From assembly GCA_028534125.1 (NCBI GenBank), contig CM052817.1, forward strand, positions 29,700,001 through 29,764,000: a DNA stretch of 64,000 nt, written 5' to 3'. The stretch's first letter is position 1, and each line of letters starts with the position of its first letter. Shown here piece after piece: positions 36,527-49,936 of this stretch. The notes beneath the pieces are model-generated. The model was not told the DNA's origin, ran no database searches, and was given only the letters and a program-made list of their open reading frames with translations. This stretch comes from Lama glama (taxonomy: Eukaryota). A program made the position numbers and the translations under genes.

Positions 36527-38710
36527 CTTTCCACCAAGAGTATAAGGGTTCCCTTTTTTCCACATCCTTGCTAAAACTTGTCATCTTTTGTCTTTTTTAT
36601 AATAGCCATTCTAACAGGTCTGAGGTGATACCTCATTGTGGTTTTGATTTGCATTTCCATGATAATTTGTGACCTTGAATACCTTTTCATGTGTGTGTTG
36701 GTCTTTGTATGCTTTCTTTTGAAAAATGTCTATACAGGCCCTTTACCCATTTTTAATAGTGTTATTTATTTATGTATTTATTTATGCTGAATTGTATGAG
36801 TCCGTTATATATTTTGAATGTTAATTTCTTCTCAGATATTTGATTTGTAACTATTTTCTCCCATTGCATAGATTGCTTTTTTACTCTGTGACTGTTTCCT
36901 TTATTGTGCAGAAACTTTTTAGTTTAATGCAATACTATTTGTCTATATTTGCTTTCATTGTCTGTGCTTTTGGCGTCAGATTGAAAAAAATGTTGCCAAT
37001 ATCAGCGTCAAGAGGTTTTTCTATGTTTTCTTCTAGTAGTTTTATAGTTCCAGGTCTTACATTTAAGTCTTTAATCCCATTTTGAATTAATTTTTGTATA
37101 TGGTGTGAGATAAGCATTCAGTTTTATTCTGCAGGTGTATATGCAGGTTTCCAACACTAGTTATTGACGAGACTATCCACTCTTTATTGTGTGTTCTTGG
37201 GTCCCTTGTGGAAGATCAATTGACCATACATGAGTGAATTTATTTTTGGGCTTTCTATTTTGTTCCATTGATTGTATGTCTGTCTTGATTACTATTTTGA
37301 TTATTGTTGCTTTGTAATAAAGTTTGAAATTAGGAAGTGTGATGCCTTCACCTTTGTTCTTCTTGGTCAGGATTGGTCGGGTCTTCAGGGTCTTTTATAG
37401 TTCATTAAGAATTTTAGAGATTTTATTCGTTTTCTATTAAAAATGCCATTCTGATTTTGATAGAGATCGCACTGAATCTGTAGATTGCTTTAGATAGTAT
37501 GAATATTTGAACAATATTAATTCTTCTAATCCCTGAATATTGGCTATCTTTTTTTAATTTGTCTTGTGTGTTTAATTTTTTTTCATCAATATTTTAAGGT
37601 TTTCAGTATAAAGTCTTTCACTCCTTAGTTAAGTTTATCCGAAGTATTTTTTAATGAGATTGCTTTCCTAATTAATTTTTGAGATAGTTGTTAGTGTATT
37701 GAAACACAGTTGATTTTGTATGTTTGTTGTGTATTCTACAACTCTATGAAATTTGTTTATTAGTTCTAAGGATTTTTCTTTAATAGAGCCTTTAGGGTTT
37801 TCTATATATAACATCATCTGCAAACAGGGACAACTTTAGTTGATCCTTTCCAGTTTGGATACTTTTATTTCTTTTTCTGCCTAATTGCATTGGCTATGAC
37901 TCCCAATACTATGTTGAATAAAAGTGGCTAGAGGACCCTTTTCTTGTTCCTGGTCTTAGAGGAAAAGTTTTCAGTTTTTCACTGCTGAGTATAATGTTTG
38001 CTGTGGACTTCCCATATATGGCCTTTAATATGTTGTCGTAATTTTTTTTCTATTTCTAGTTTGTTGAAAGCTTTTGTCATGAAAAGGTGTTGAATTTTGT
38101 CTCACACTTTTGCTGTATCTTTTGAAATATTCATATGATTCTTATTCTTTATTCTGTTAATACGTCATACTACATTGATTGATTTATATATGTTGAACTA
38201 TTTCTGTATCCCAGGGATAAATTCTACGTGGTCAGGGTATATAATCCTTTTAGTGTGCTGTGAAATTTGGGTGCTAGTATTTTATTGAGAATTTTTACAT
38301 CTATGTTCATCAGTGATACTGGTCTATAGTTTTCTGTTGGGGCTTTTGACTTGGTCAGGATGATGCTGGACTTATGAAACTTGTAAAAGTTTGGCAGGAT
38401 CCCTCCTCTTTTGTTTTTTGGAAGAATTTAAGAAGAGTTGATGTCAATTCTTGTTTGAATGTTTGGTAGAATTCACCCATGAAGCCCTCTGGTCCTGGAC
38501 TTTTCTAAGATAAGTTTTTGATTACTGATAATTAAATATCCTTACTTATTATTGGCCTGTTCATACTTTTTATTTCTTCTTGTTCAGTTTTGGTAGGTTG
38601 TATGTTTCTAGGAATTATCCATTTCTGTGAAGTTACCCAGTTTGTTAGTATATAATTGATTATAATAACCCTCATGCTTTTCATTTCTGAGACATTTGTT
38701 GTAATGCCTC
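36527..38710 (-). mobile_element. L1 ORF2 segment (L1MA-age), lacking 3' UTR, running into a gap
   Basis: Peptides IKDLNVRPGTIKLLEENI...TPKAQTMKANIDK (36935-37117) and QEEIKSMNRPIISKDI (~38535) are L1 ORF2; continuous T-rich antisense L1. Confidence 0.93.
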
Positions 38711-39210
38711 NNNNNNNNNNNNNNNNNNNNNNNNNNNNNNNNNNNNNNNNNNNNNNNNNNNNNNNNNNNNNNNNNNNNNNNNNNNNNNNNNNNNNNNNNN
38801 NNNNNNNNNNNNNNNNNNNNNNNNNNNNNNNNNNNNNNNNNNNNNNNNNNNNNNNNNNNNNNNNNNNNNNNNNNNNNNNNNNNNNNNNNNNNNNNNNNNN
38901 NNNNNNNNNNNNNNNNNNNNNNNNNNNNNNNNNNNNNNNNNNNNNNNNNNNNNNNNNNNNNNNNNNNNNNNNNNNNNNNNNNNNNNNNNNNNNNNNNNNN
39001 NNNNNNNNNNNNNNNNNNNNNNNNNNNNNNNNNNNNNNNNNNNNNNNNNNNNNNNNNNNNNNNNNNNNNNNNNNNNNNNNNNNNNNNNNNNNNNNNNNNN
39101 NNNNNNNNNNNNNNNNNNNNNNNNNNNNNNNNNNNNNNNNNNNNNNNNNNNNNNNNNNNNNNNNNNNNNNNNNNNNNNNNNNNNNNNNNNNNNNNNNNNN
39201 NNNNNNNNNN
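38711..39210. other. Assembly gap, 500 N
   Basis: Direct count of the N run. Confidence 0.99.
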
Positions 39211-39454
39211 GGCAGCTCAAACTTATATTTCTGTGTGTTCAAATCAGAATAAATGGAAAAAAAAATCTGCTTTCTAAGGGTGGAAGTGAAAGGTGGAGCT
39301 TTGATGGGTATGATTGATTTGCCAAGAGGATATCTCATGCCTAGTTCAAGACAATGAAGTCAGCAGAGCCTTGTGAATTGATAAAGGGGATTCATAGATA
39401 AAAACTGAGCCCATTGCCAGAGTTGTTAAGAAATAATCCTGAGCAACAAATGCA

Positions 39455-39970
39455 GTAAATGTCAGATCATATTTTACTATTGTTCTCAGAAAATTAAAAA
39501 AAAAAGTTTTCAACATGACTTAAAAGAATGTCCATGACCCAGCTCATATTTACTCATGGTCCCCACTTCCTATGCTCCACCTATATTGTGCTTTCTTTTA
39601 GTCTCCAACAGAATACATATTTTCCATCTTCTTAAATGTTCTATCATTTTTTAATTTCCCCCCCCCCTTCTCTTTTAGGTCTTAGGTTAAATAGCATTTC
39701 TTCAGGGAGACTTTTGCTAATTGCCTTCACTAGGTCAAGTCTTTCTAATATTTGCATTTATGCACTCTACAAAACATTTAATACAGTTTTTAAATATTAT
39801 TTTTATTCACATTAATATTTGGTTAATGAATATCATTCTTACTAGAGTATAATTTAGTTAGAGGCAGAGACTTTCTGTTTCTTTAATTATTCTAGTGGCT
39901 CATGCTAATCCCATTTGCTAGATAAATTAAGTGTAAAATACATATTTTTAAAGTGGATTCATGAATGGGT
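39455..39970 (+). mobile_element. L2 3' region
   Basis: TGTCAGATCAT; AGGTCTTAGGTTAAATAGCATTTCTTCAGGGAGAC; ACTAGAGTATAA...GAGGCAGAGAC. Confidence 0.65.
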
Positions 39971-41139
39971 GACTGGCTACAAAATTGTGACTAGAATTTG
40001 TTTAACCCCATTTACCAAATCTTCCATGTGTTCTTTTTTTTTTAATTAAAAAATTTTTTTTTATTATCAGCCAACTTATTCTGTTCAGATTTTTGAGGCT
40101 TAAAGGACAGGAACACAATACTAATTGATATTGAAAACTTACTAAAGTTACACAACAGTAATGTTTTTTATTGTTTCCTTATTAGAAAAAAAACCCCTCA
40201 TTTTCTGTCTGATTTTCTGGAGATAGGTTGAGGTAAGGGAAAAAGAAAGAAAGGAAAAAGCTTCCATTTAAAAAAAATATTTCAATATGCCAATGAACAA
40301 AGCACATCCTAGTTATTTAAAACATTAAGTATTCATTTTGGAATTATTTAAAATGAAAGTATTAAGAAGCTGATTTTTACAACAAAAAATATTAGCAAGC
40401 TTATGAAGAAAAGTAGAAATCAGGGACTAATAGTAAAATATCCTGATTAGGTGCCCTCTTTTCAGAAATGGAGTCTCCACAATCAATTACTTTAAGAGTA
40501 ACAATAATCAGCAACCAACTGAATTCCTTAATTTTAGGTATGCATCAAATGTTTTCTATTATTAACTCAAACAAAAAATAGAATTAAAAACTATCTTAAA
40601 AGTATATGTTTTGATCACTGTCATTTTAAAAGAACAGAAAAAGAGAAAGGAAACCATATTTTGCTGAAATTTGATAAAGTAATTTGAAATAGCATTAGAG
40701 GACTATTTCCACATTCACCCAGAGAAAGAGTTAACATTTCAAATATTGTATATTTAAATGACATATTAATAAATAAAATGAGATGCTTATAAATATAAAT
40801 TGACACAACTCATTGAACACTTTGTAGTTGCTGCAAGTTATTGTGATGGTAAGTCTGCAGTTGATGTCACTTTTATGCAAAAGTCATTATTTAAAATAAA
40901 ATCTCCATAACGTATGTCAGTACTCCATCCTCATTCCCTCAATTCATCTGCAGCTTTATGATTTAGATCTGGTATATACCAATTGCTTCCTATGTTACCT
41001 AGTTTCTTTTTTCTGCTTGAAAACTTTCTATAACAGAATTGGAGTTTAAGATTTCTGTGGTAGAGATGGACTGATAATTTTATTTTGCTTTGCTCAAGGT
41101 GTAATGTACCAGAGAAGATATTTCTTCTAACTTATTTAC

Positions 41140-41680
41140 TCAAAGAAAGAAAGCTTTCTGGAGAAAATGATGCCAAGCTGAGATGTGAAGGGTAAATTAG
41201 GCTGGTGAGATGTGCTAGTTTAGTACATAGGAATCCAGAAATAAGATATGTGAAGCCACTGAGGAAAAATACAACATTATTAGGTAAAAAAGGTGTAAAA
41301 TGCAATAAAGACCAATCACACATCATCTTGTATAACTTATTTTAAAAACAGTGAGCATGCTTTAAACAAAGTATTAATTTGTATTTTATAACACAATGAG
41401 CAGGATTGCTGTTAGAAGTCAGAAAATAAGACTGGAGACAAGAAAAACAGCTAGAGGGCACTTTTAACGATCCAGGTGAAAGTTTGATATAAAGCATAAA
41501 AATATAAAGAGTTAGAGTAAGATTGGAGAGAGGTAGAAACCTTTGAAAGATGAACAATCAGTAGTAGTCATGGATTATTTTTACCTCTGTTAAACTATTT
41601 CAAAATAAGTTATGACACCCAGTTCCTGACTTAGGTAATTAAATGGTTGGTGGCACTGAAATGTAGGTGAGAACAGAAAT
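41140..41680 (-). mobile_element. L2 fragment
   Basis: AGAAAGCTTTCTGGAGAAAATGATGCCAAGCTGAGATGTGAAGG; ATCCAGGTGAAAG; TGACACCCAGTTCCTGACTTAGGTAATT. Confidence 0.6.
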
Positions 41681-42649
41681 ATAATGATAATATTCCAGGA
41701 AAAAGGAAAAGTGTAATTGTCTACAAAAATTTAGAGAAACAAGGAGAATAAGGAAGACATTTCTTCCTTTGGCTTATGGACTCAGTCATATACTTTTACA
41801 GGCACACTGGGTATATTTTGAATGGCCATAATCCATATCAAATAAAAGCAAATAAACATAAAAATATACCTCAGAAAAACCAAGAAATTATTTCATACTC
41901 TTACTCTTTTAAACGCATTGTACTTATAACACTGTAACTTTTCTTTTTCAATTAGGATTAGATATAATATATGATATTTATTAATTTGATTGTTCTACCT
42001 TAAAACAATTTGAGATAGATCACAAAACTAGATAAGCCCAAAGATATTATTAATGAACAGCAGAGAATAAGCCATGGAAAGAGGAAAGAATAAATAAACT
42101 AAGTAGAAGAACAAAATTGGAATTATACCTCAGTGTCTCCATCTTCCTCAAGTTCTAATTTTCTCTTGTCTCAATCAAAAATTTTCTCCAGTTAATGGTT
42201 TTGTTCCTTTACTGCATTTGGTATTTTGCTCATGTGTACAGTGGCCCTTGGTTTTGACCCCTAGCACTGCTGGGAAGAAGAGATTTTAAGTCACTGCTGC
42301 AGCTTATCTCACACAACCTTTGATTATGAGGATTTTCTTATCAAATGTGTTAAGTATTCTGAAATAATCTCACCAGGGGATGCAAAGTCTTTGTGTTCTC
42401 AAAATATTCAGTTCTGTCCCTGTAAAAGAATGTCCTCAGAAGCACCAGATCTCATTGACGTTGTTAGGGTATGCGATTGCTTTAGCATTTGAAAGTTATT
42501 TTTATAAGATACTTTAGTCCTCCCCTTCCGTCTCCCAACTAAGGAGCTCCACTTTTAGGTCTCCCACGTATCAAGGTGACTAAGGAGCTATAAAAAGAAC
42601 TTGGACTGGAGAGATATATAGATGCACCTTTAAAACTTCAGACTAAAGC

Positions 42650-42786
42650 CTCATTCTCCAAAGCACAATGTCAAAATGACATTAGCAATTTGCTCAAGGT
42701 CACACATTTGTCATGTGAAATAATGAAAATCATACTTAGCCTGTTCTTCCTCCAGAGCCAAAATCTTATCATTGTATTAGGCTGCT
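42650..42786 (-). mobile_element. MIR fragment
   Basis: AGCAATTTGCTCAAGGTCACACA...CTCCAGAGCC. Confidence 0.6.
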
Positions 42787-42999
42787 TTGCGTTTATTATG
42801 TGTGGCATTATTTCCATGAGTGGCACAAAATTAATGGGGTTAAAAGATCTTATTTAAAATATTAACCACCATATCATCCTCTTAAAGATTAACATTGATC
42901 ATTGTTATATTAAAATTTAGCAATCCCCTGAGGCTGGTGGTTGTCATGTAACCATCCAAAAACATTGTTTGTTTGTTTTTTTCCCTTCTTTTTTTCCTT

Positions 43000-45365
43000 T
43001 TCCATACCCTTCATACCACTGGACCTGTACTTAGTTAGGGTCAACATCCTCCTTACTCTTCAGTCTTGATCCCAAGTCATTCTTTCTCCCTTCTCTATAA
43101 AAATACAGATTGGATTTCATCAACAGTATACATACTGCCCCTGGTGCCTACTTTTTGAGCCATTCAGAGGTTACTGGGACCATTTTTATGAATTCAGCAT
43201 CCAGAAAGATGATGGTTCCAACACCCTGGCCTCTCAGTGCCTTGTTCCAATGGTACTTTTTTCTCCCTGACTTCAACCACACATTGGTCATTCTTTAGTC
43301 TTGGTTATTACTAGTTGGTGCAACCTCTCTATAAGCGAAATTTCAAATATCCCATTCCCTGCCCCCAGACCCCTGACATTCCACTTCACTTTCCTTGTAC
43401 ATTAAGTTTTACAATATATAACCCCCTTTGAGACTTATAATATGCTGAAGGTATCATGTTATCTCCTTCTCCTGTCCCTGCATCTTAGACACGTACTTAT
43501 AAAGTTAAGATTCCTTGGTTCATGAAGATGACTAGAATACTCTTGTTCTCTTGCTTGATGGAGATAATCTGGAAAAACCCAACTCTTACTCATATCCTAC
43601 TCTATTTGTTCCTGAGCCCACACTACAGCTGAGAAAATTTCACAGTCATACTGACTGATGTCATTTTAGAATCAGGATGATAAACTTTGAATAGTTCCTA
43701 CTTTTTCCAACTAGTCATATTCTTTACTCTTTTCTCTTGGAATTTTTCTACTCTTTCTTATTGGTATAGTCAGATGATGGTCTTTCTTTCTTTTGCTTTA
43801 AAGTTTATATATGTAATTTGAATGTAATCTACAAGAGCAACTCAACTTTGCATCAGTGCCCATAGATTCTGCCTTTATTCCTACTACTGTGGATGAAACA
43901 TTATCCCTTTTATCAGCTAGCCTCTCTAATTAGGTACTAGAGGTCAATTCCCCATTCCTAGTTAGAGTGATAGCTCTTGCAATTCTCCTCTGATTCTCAT
44001 AATCAAATTTTCAGTATCTACTTAATTATTCCCATCAGCATAAAGGCATTCTGAAAGTTCTTTAATTCAAAAACACAAACCTCTCTTTATTCCATATACC
44101 CATCTAGCTACTGCCTTATTTCTGTTTCCCTTCATAGCAAAATTCATTCAGAGGTTATCCGTGGCCACATGCCAGATCCTTTCTTGCCTCTCTTCTGAAT
44201 CTTATCACTTTGCAAAAAAGTTTTCCTCAAGAATAAAAATGAACAAGCTGGTAAATACAATGGTAAATGCAAAGTACTTACCTTATTTGGTCAAGCTTAA
44301 CAATTGCAGTTGGCAATTTACTCTTCTTGATGGCACTTTTTTTTTTTCCATTGGCTTCCAGTGTACCTACCACATCTACTGGTTCTACTTTTACCTACTG
44401 TTCTCAGTTTCAGGTCCTTGTTGCTGACCTCTACCAGTTGGAATGCCCTAGGTCTGAGTACTGGGATTTCTCCATATATCTATGTACACTTACTTATCAC
44501 ATATAATAGTATCATCCAGACAAAAGCTTTTTAAATACTATCCATATATTGACAATATCCAGATTTAGACTGAGTCCCAGACTCAAATATTTAACTATTT
44601 ACTACATGGACTAAGATATTTAGTATTCATTTTAAGTACACCATGTCCAAAATGAAAAACTGCTTTTCCCTTTGACTTGCATCTCAGTAAATAACAACTC
44701 TTTCCAGTTGACAGCCAACTGTCAGCATGTCCTATTGGCCTTCCCTTAAAAGATGACTTCTCACAACTTCATCCCATGCCTCGATTATGGCATAATCCTA
44801 AATTGTCTATTTTCTTCTACCTTTGGCCTTAGTATCTATGTTTTTTAAAGTCAGATAATATAATCCTTTTAAGTCATAAGCCCAGCCATGCCAGTCCTCT
44901 ATGGAAAATCTTACAGTGATTTCCCACCTCACTCATGATAAAAGCCAAAGTCCTTACTGTGGCATATATGATCTTGACTCTTTCTCCACCTGGAGTGATC
45001 AATTGTCCTGGTTTGCTAGGGACCATGTAGTTCCCTAGTCCCTGAGATGTTCTGATCTCTTCATTTACTTCAGGTTACCTCCTAGTGGTGATTTCTTTGA
45101 CAACACAATTAAAATGGTAATGTCTCCTTTACCTGGCAATCTCTATGACCTTTTTTGATTTTATAGCACTCTTCACAGGATTTATGAATCTCTACTATAT
45201 CTGCACTTTGTACTTGTTTATTTATTATTAGCTACCTCTTAATATGAATTTAAGCTCTACACATCCAGGCATCTTTTATTGACTTAAAAAAGTTTGCATC
45301 CTTAGTATCTAAAACATTGTCTAACATATAATATTTATTTGATAGATATTTGTTGAATAAATATA
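43000..45365 (+). mobile_element. Long L2 relic (~2.3 kb, ORF2 remnants to 3' end)
   Basis: C/T-rich; CTACTGCCTTATTTCTGTTTCCCTTCATAGCAAAA; TCCATTGGCTTCC; TGAGTCCCAGACTCA; CATGTCCAAAATGAA; AAAAGCCAAAGTCCTTAC; tail ATATTTTGTTGAATAAAT. Confidence 0.8.
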
Positions 45366-45793
45366 GTTGAAAGAGTTGGAGACATTCCATATAGTGAAAA
45401 AAAAGTATTTACCTTTTTTAAATTTAGCATTTCTCAAGCTAGTTTTTTTATCACTGAAATATTTTTCAAAACATCTTTCAATACATAATGTAACTCAAGT
45501 TTTAGAAATGAACTATAGGAAATTATGAGCAGGGTTTCTTCTCCTGGCTGATTTTAGCCAACATAAATTTACTTTTTCTATCATCTTATTGATAATGTTT
45601 AATTTTTCTTGATAAATAATTTCTGTTATATAATCCATATCTACCTATTTATAATTTATTTTTTATCAATTTATACAACTTATATATGTATATTTTTGGT
45701 GTGTGTACATGTAAGGAGATATATATGATACATGTATAGTGTATGTATTATAATAATGTAGATACAGATAGATACAGAAATATATGGATAATT

Positions 45794-46286
45794 TGTAGTA
45801 GGCAGAATAATGGCCCCAGAGATGCTCATGTCCTAATTTCCAGAACCTGTGAATACGTGATCTCAAGATCATGTCCTAATCATCAGAATCTTCTATAGCA
45901 AAAGGAGCTTGGTAAGTGTGATTAACTTAATGAACTTGAAATGAACAGATTATTCTGGATTATCCAGTTCAAGCCGATATAATCCCAATGGTCCTTATAA
46001 AAGGAAAGCAGAGTAGTCAGAGTTAAAGAAGGTGTATCAATGATTTCAGAATGATTCAGCCATAAGCTATAAAATGCAAGTGGCCTTAAGAGGGTAAAAG
46101 GGCAGGGAAGGAATTATGTCCCAGAGTTTTCAGGAGGAACTCAGTTCTACAGACACCTTGATTTCAGCTGTGTAAGATCCATTTTGGATTTCTATCCTTC
46201 ATATCTGTACCATGATAAATTTATACTATTTTAAGCTAGTTAAGTCTATATGATAATTTGTTAGAGCAGCATTGAAAATTAGTATA
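45794..46286 (+). mobile_element. MaLR solo LTR (MLT1D-like)
   Basis: Starts TGTAGTAGGCAGAATAATGGCCCC; GATTATTCTGGATTATCC; GACACCTTGATTTCAGC; TAATTTGTTAGAGCAGCA. Confidence 0.88.
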
Positions 46287-46359
46287 GATTTTCCACCTAT
46301 ATCATTTTATCTACTATCAATTTATACCAATTCATCTAATATAGATTTTTAATAGCAAC

Positions 46360-46552
46360 CAATTACCATTTACTATATTCTTGCATGGCTCTAAATACTT
46401 TACAAATGTTAACTTATTTACATAACTTATTATGCTTTACAAAACAATCTAACAATCTTATAAGATAGGCAGTATCAGTATACCCATTATACAGATGATG
46501 AAACCAAGACACGGAAAGAGATTCAGAACCATACTAGTGTCACACAACAGGT
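46360..46552 (-). mobile_element. MIR SINE
   Basis: CCCATTATACAGATGATGAAAACCAAGACACGGAAAG...GTCACACAAC. Confidence 0.75.
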
Positions 46553-46579
46553 AAATTTTTTCTTTTTCTCAGATAGACC

Positions 46580-46925
46580 ACAGTTGTTTTGATCAAAGGT
46601 ATTTGTACTAGCTCTTCTGTCTGCCTGTTATGAGCTTTTTATCAAGCTTCTAAATGACTAGTTTCTTATAATTCTCATCTCAGTATAGATATCACCTCTT
46701 CAAAAAGACCTTCCCTGAAGAGAGTGGTCCACCAGTCAAATGTACTCTTTCATTTTGTCCGATTTTACTTCTATCATAGCATTTACTGGTAACTGGCATT
46801 GGCATTGCTTGTTTATGTTTTTAAAATTATATTCCATTAGAATGAAATTGCATAATAACAGACTTTTTTCGTGTTTTTATTTATCTTTATCAAATTTCTG
46901 ACACATAGTGGGCACTCTGAAATAA
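46580..46925 (+). mobile_element. L2 3' region
   Basis: ATATCACCTCTTCAAAAAGACCTTCCCTGA; TCATAGCATTTA; CTGACACATAGTGGGCACTC. Confidence 0.75.
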
Positions 46926-47744
46926 TAGCTTACACACTTAATTTTGGAATCATCTGATTCTTAGTTTTTGCTTTTAACCAATGTGTATCTGTTGTAGACA
47001 TGTGATAGATAACCACAATGGAAATTAAAGTGTCAGGGTGATCTAAGCCTTTTTAGAGAATTGTGCTAATATTTCAGAGGTGAAGTTGAATGCCTGGTCC
47101 TACAGATTCAGATGAGATTGGGCGAGTTCAGGGTTGTACAGCCGTACGTATACTGGTCCTACATACTCAATGGCAAGCCACTGAAATTTTGAACATGATG
47201 ATACAATAATCTGGTTTATGCTTCAGAAAAGTAATCTGATAACAGTTTATAAAAAGATATCGCATAGGTAAAAAGAAAATAAATGTATTTGTGCATCTGT
47301 ATGAAGGCAAGGAGTCTGTCATGCAACATGGAAAACATAACATTTAACACATTTGGTCTAAGGTGCCTTCATAGGGAACTTAATTCTGGAAATTCCCGTC
47401 AATACTTAACTACAAAATGCAAACCATACCTGTGGAAGATGAAGAAAATCTTTGACTCAAAGATATCCTAGGGTGTTTAAAAGAAACATTAGTAGTTAGA
47501 ATCATGTGTTTGCAGTTCTAACTGGTGCGTTTATGGTTGCTTAAACAAATATTTGAAACCATGAACACATATACACATGTGTAATAAATGAGAGCAACTA
47601 TTTAGTTACACCATCAGGTAAACATATCTACCTCTCACAATGATCTTATCAAAAACCCTGACTTTTATAATGAAATAGTTAGAATGGAATGCAACATAGC
47701 AAGAAAGTGAGAATTCAGTCATTAAGTATAATGTGTAAGGCAAA

Positions 47745-48280
47745 CACATTCATTGTTTTCAATACTCATTTATTAAGAACATATGATGTTTTAGTCGGGC
47801 CCTTTACTAGGCAATGTGGTTCCAAAAATAACATGAATATTCTGAACACCTTCAAGGAATATATGGTTTTCTGTGATATTTGGACCAAAGTAGGTAGCAA
47901 TTATGACCCCGCATTATTTATATTATAAAAACTGATGGTCTAACAGCATACAGCAGAGACAAGAGAAGCTTTCAGGAGGAAATGACTTTCAAGTTGCAGT
48001 TCAAAAAAAAAAGTTATGGTGCTAAAGATGAGAGAGGAAATAGGAAGGGTATAGTAACAAGAAAGGTGTCCTGACTAGGGAGAGAATTAAGTATTTGAAC
48101 ATGGGTGGAGCTTAGGGGACAGGGACTTGCAGGAGACTGATGCAAAGAGTAAGCAGAAGGACTATGTATGATTAGGGTTAGCATTTTACCCTGAGAGCAA
48201 TGGTCTGCTGCTGGTGGATTAAGTATGGAATAATGTTATTTAGTTTTGAGTGTATAAAAGATTTTTCTAGCTGCCACATT
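47745..48280 (-). mobile_element. L2 3' region
   Basis: TTCAATACTCATTTATTAAG; AGAAGCTTTCAGGAGGAAATGAC; TTTTACCCTGAGAGCAATGG. Confidence 0.65.
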
Positions 48281-49239
48281 CAAATTTATCTTCAACTCAC
48301 TTTGTCTCTTGGAATATTAGGGAAATATAAAGCAATTAACAGTCATTAATTAAACGAATAAAATATTATAAACATTAATAACCTCTTGTGTGTTGTCCCT
48401 TTTCACTGGAGTTACAGCAGGGAACAAAGCAGGCATGAGCCATGTCCTTGTGAGTACATACATTTCATAGGATGTTCCAAAGGATGTCCTGCCTGTTGTT
48501 GGAAATTCAGATCTGTTCTCAGTAAAGAAGGCATGGCTGCAGTTGCAAACTTGCAAGTGACTTTCATACAAATGAAAGGGAGGGAGTTATCATCATCTGA
48601 TATATGTTTCACAGATCTTTTTCATAAATATAAGAACACAAAGCAATGTATCCCAGTTATATGCCTTTGAATCAGTTTTTCTAGGCGTATTAAATATAAT
48701 CCACATAAAAATTTTAACACAAATCAAATCTCATTTATAAATCTACAGTGGGCATGCTGAACAACATTTTGCTGTAGACATACCTGAAATGACAATGTGA
48801 AACACCTCTTGAATAGTAATTCATGAGATAGATAGTAGCGTTATGTGTTATGAGTTGCTGTAAATGTCAGGAGCTCTAAAATATCGTTCAAGCACATAAA
48901 TGACTTTTAGGAAGCTGGTATTTGATGTGATTCAGATGAACAATTCAAGTTAAAAAAAATCATGGTTCTGGAAACCGAACAAGTTTTCAAAGGCATTAAA
49001 CCACAGCCTGTATGTTGTTCATCTGTTTTTATGTCACTACAAATTCTCATGACCTCAAGTAAGCCTGTTTCAGGATTCAGTAGGCCTTGTCTTGTTTTGA
49101 TTCTGTTTAACCTGTGATTTAATAATCTGGCTCCCAGCTTTTTGACTTCCTGTGAATGTGGGCATTTCTGAAAGTTTTCTTGTAACATTTCCATGTAAAC
49201 CTTAACTTTGTGACCAGTATTCCTATCAGCAAACTAGAA

Positions 49240-49400
49240 TATGTATATTTAAATGTGAACTTTACCACTTATTAATTGTGCAGTCTTGAGCAAGTCACTT
49301 AACTATTTTGTGTCCCAGTTTTCTATCTGTAAAGTGGGGTTAGGAACAGAATATAGTTAATGGAATTCTTTGAGGATTATGATTAATACTTCTAATAAGG
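49240..49400 (+). mobile_element. MIR SINE
   Basis: ACCACTTATTAATTGTGCAGTCTTGAGCAAGTCACTTAAC...CAGTTTTCTATCTGTAAAGTGGGG. Confidence 0.8.
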
Positions 49401-49664
49401 CAAAAAAGGTTAAGTATGTAGGAAGTTTAAGGTATTCTTAATTTCCATACATTTTGAAATTGAAATAGAATGTTTGATATATTCTGTTTTATTTTATATT
49501 GCCTGAATTATCTAAACCCTATATATTTCTTGAAATTGTTCCACTGTAATAATTAATAACTTACAATAACTGGTATGAAAGCCAAACTGCTGGCTCTGGT
49601 TGATCATTTCCCCAGAATATTGAGATTGTGGGACAACAGTTTTCAATGACAGCAGTCATAAATG

Positions 49665-49924
49665 CAGTCACTCATTCATTCATTCATTCATTCACTCAAA
49701 AAACACTTATGTGCCTTATATATACCAGGGAATTAGAAGAGGATTGGAGGTGCAATGTAAGAATAAACAGATGCTAGGGTTTTTTTGTCCCCAAGAAATT
49801 TAGTCTTGTGAGAGATACAAGCAGGACATCTATAATAAAGTACAATCTGTGCAAAGATTAAAGACTTACAATTACACACGGGAAAGGCACCCAACTAAGA
49901 TTTGGGGAAGTGTGGTCAGAGGAA
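49665..49924 (-). mobile_element. L2 3' end with (TTCA)n tail
   Basis: CTCATTCATTCATTCATTCATTCACTCAAAAAACACTTATGTGCC. Confidence 0.75.
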
Positions 49925-49936
49925 CAGATACTCTTT

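Noticed and set aside
38532..39338. Long ORFs of 179-268 aa
   Set aside because: Artefacts of the N gap; the real residues on the left side are L1 ORF2 remnants
44990..45050. Possible MER81-like hAT terminal fragment inside L2
   Set aside because: Too short and diverged to support without a search
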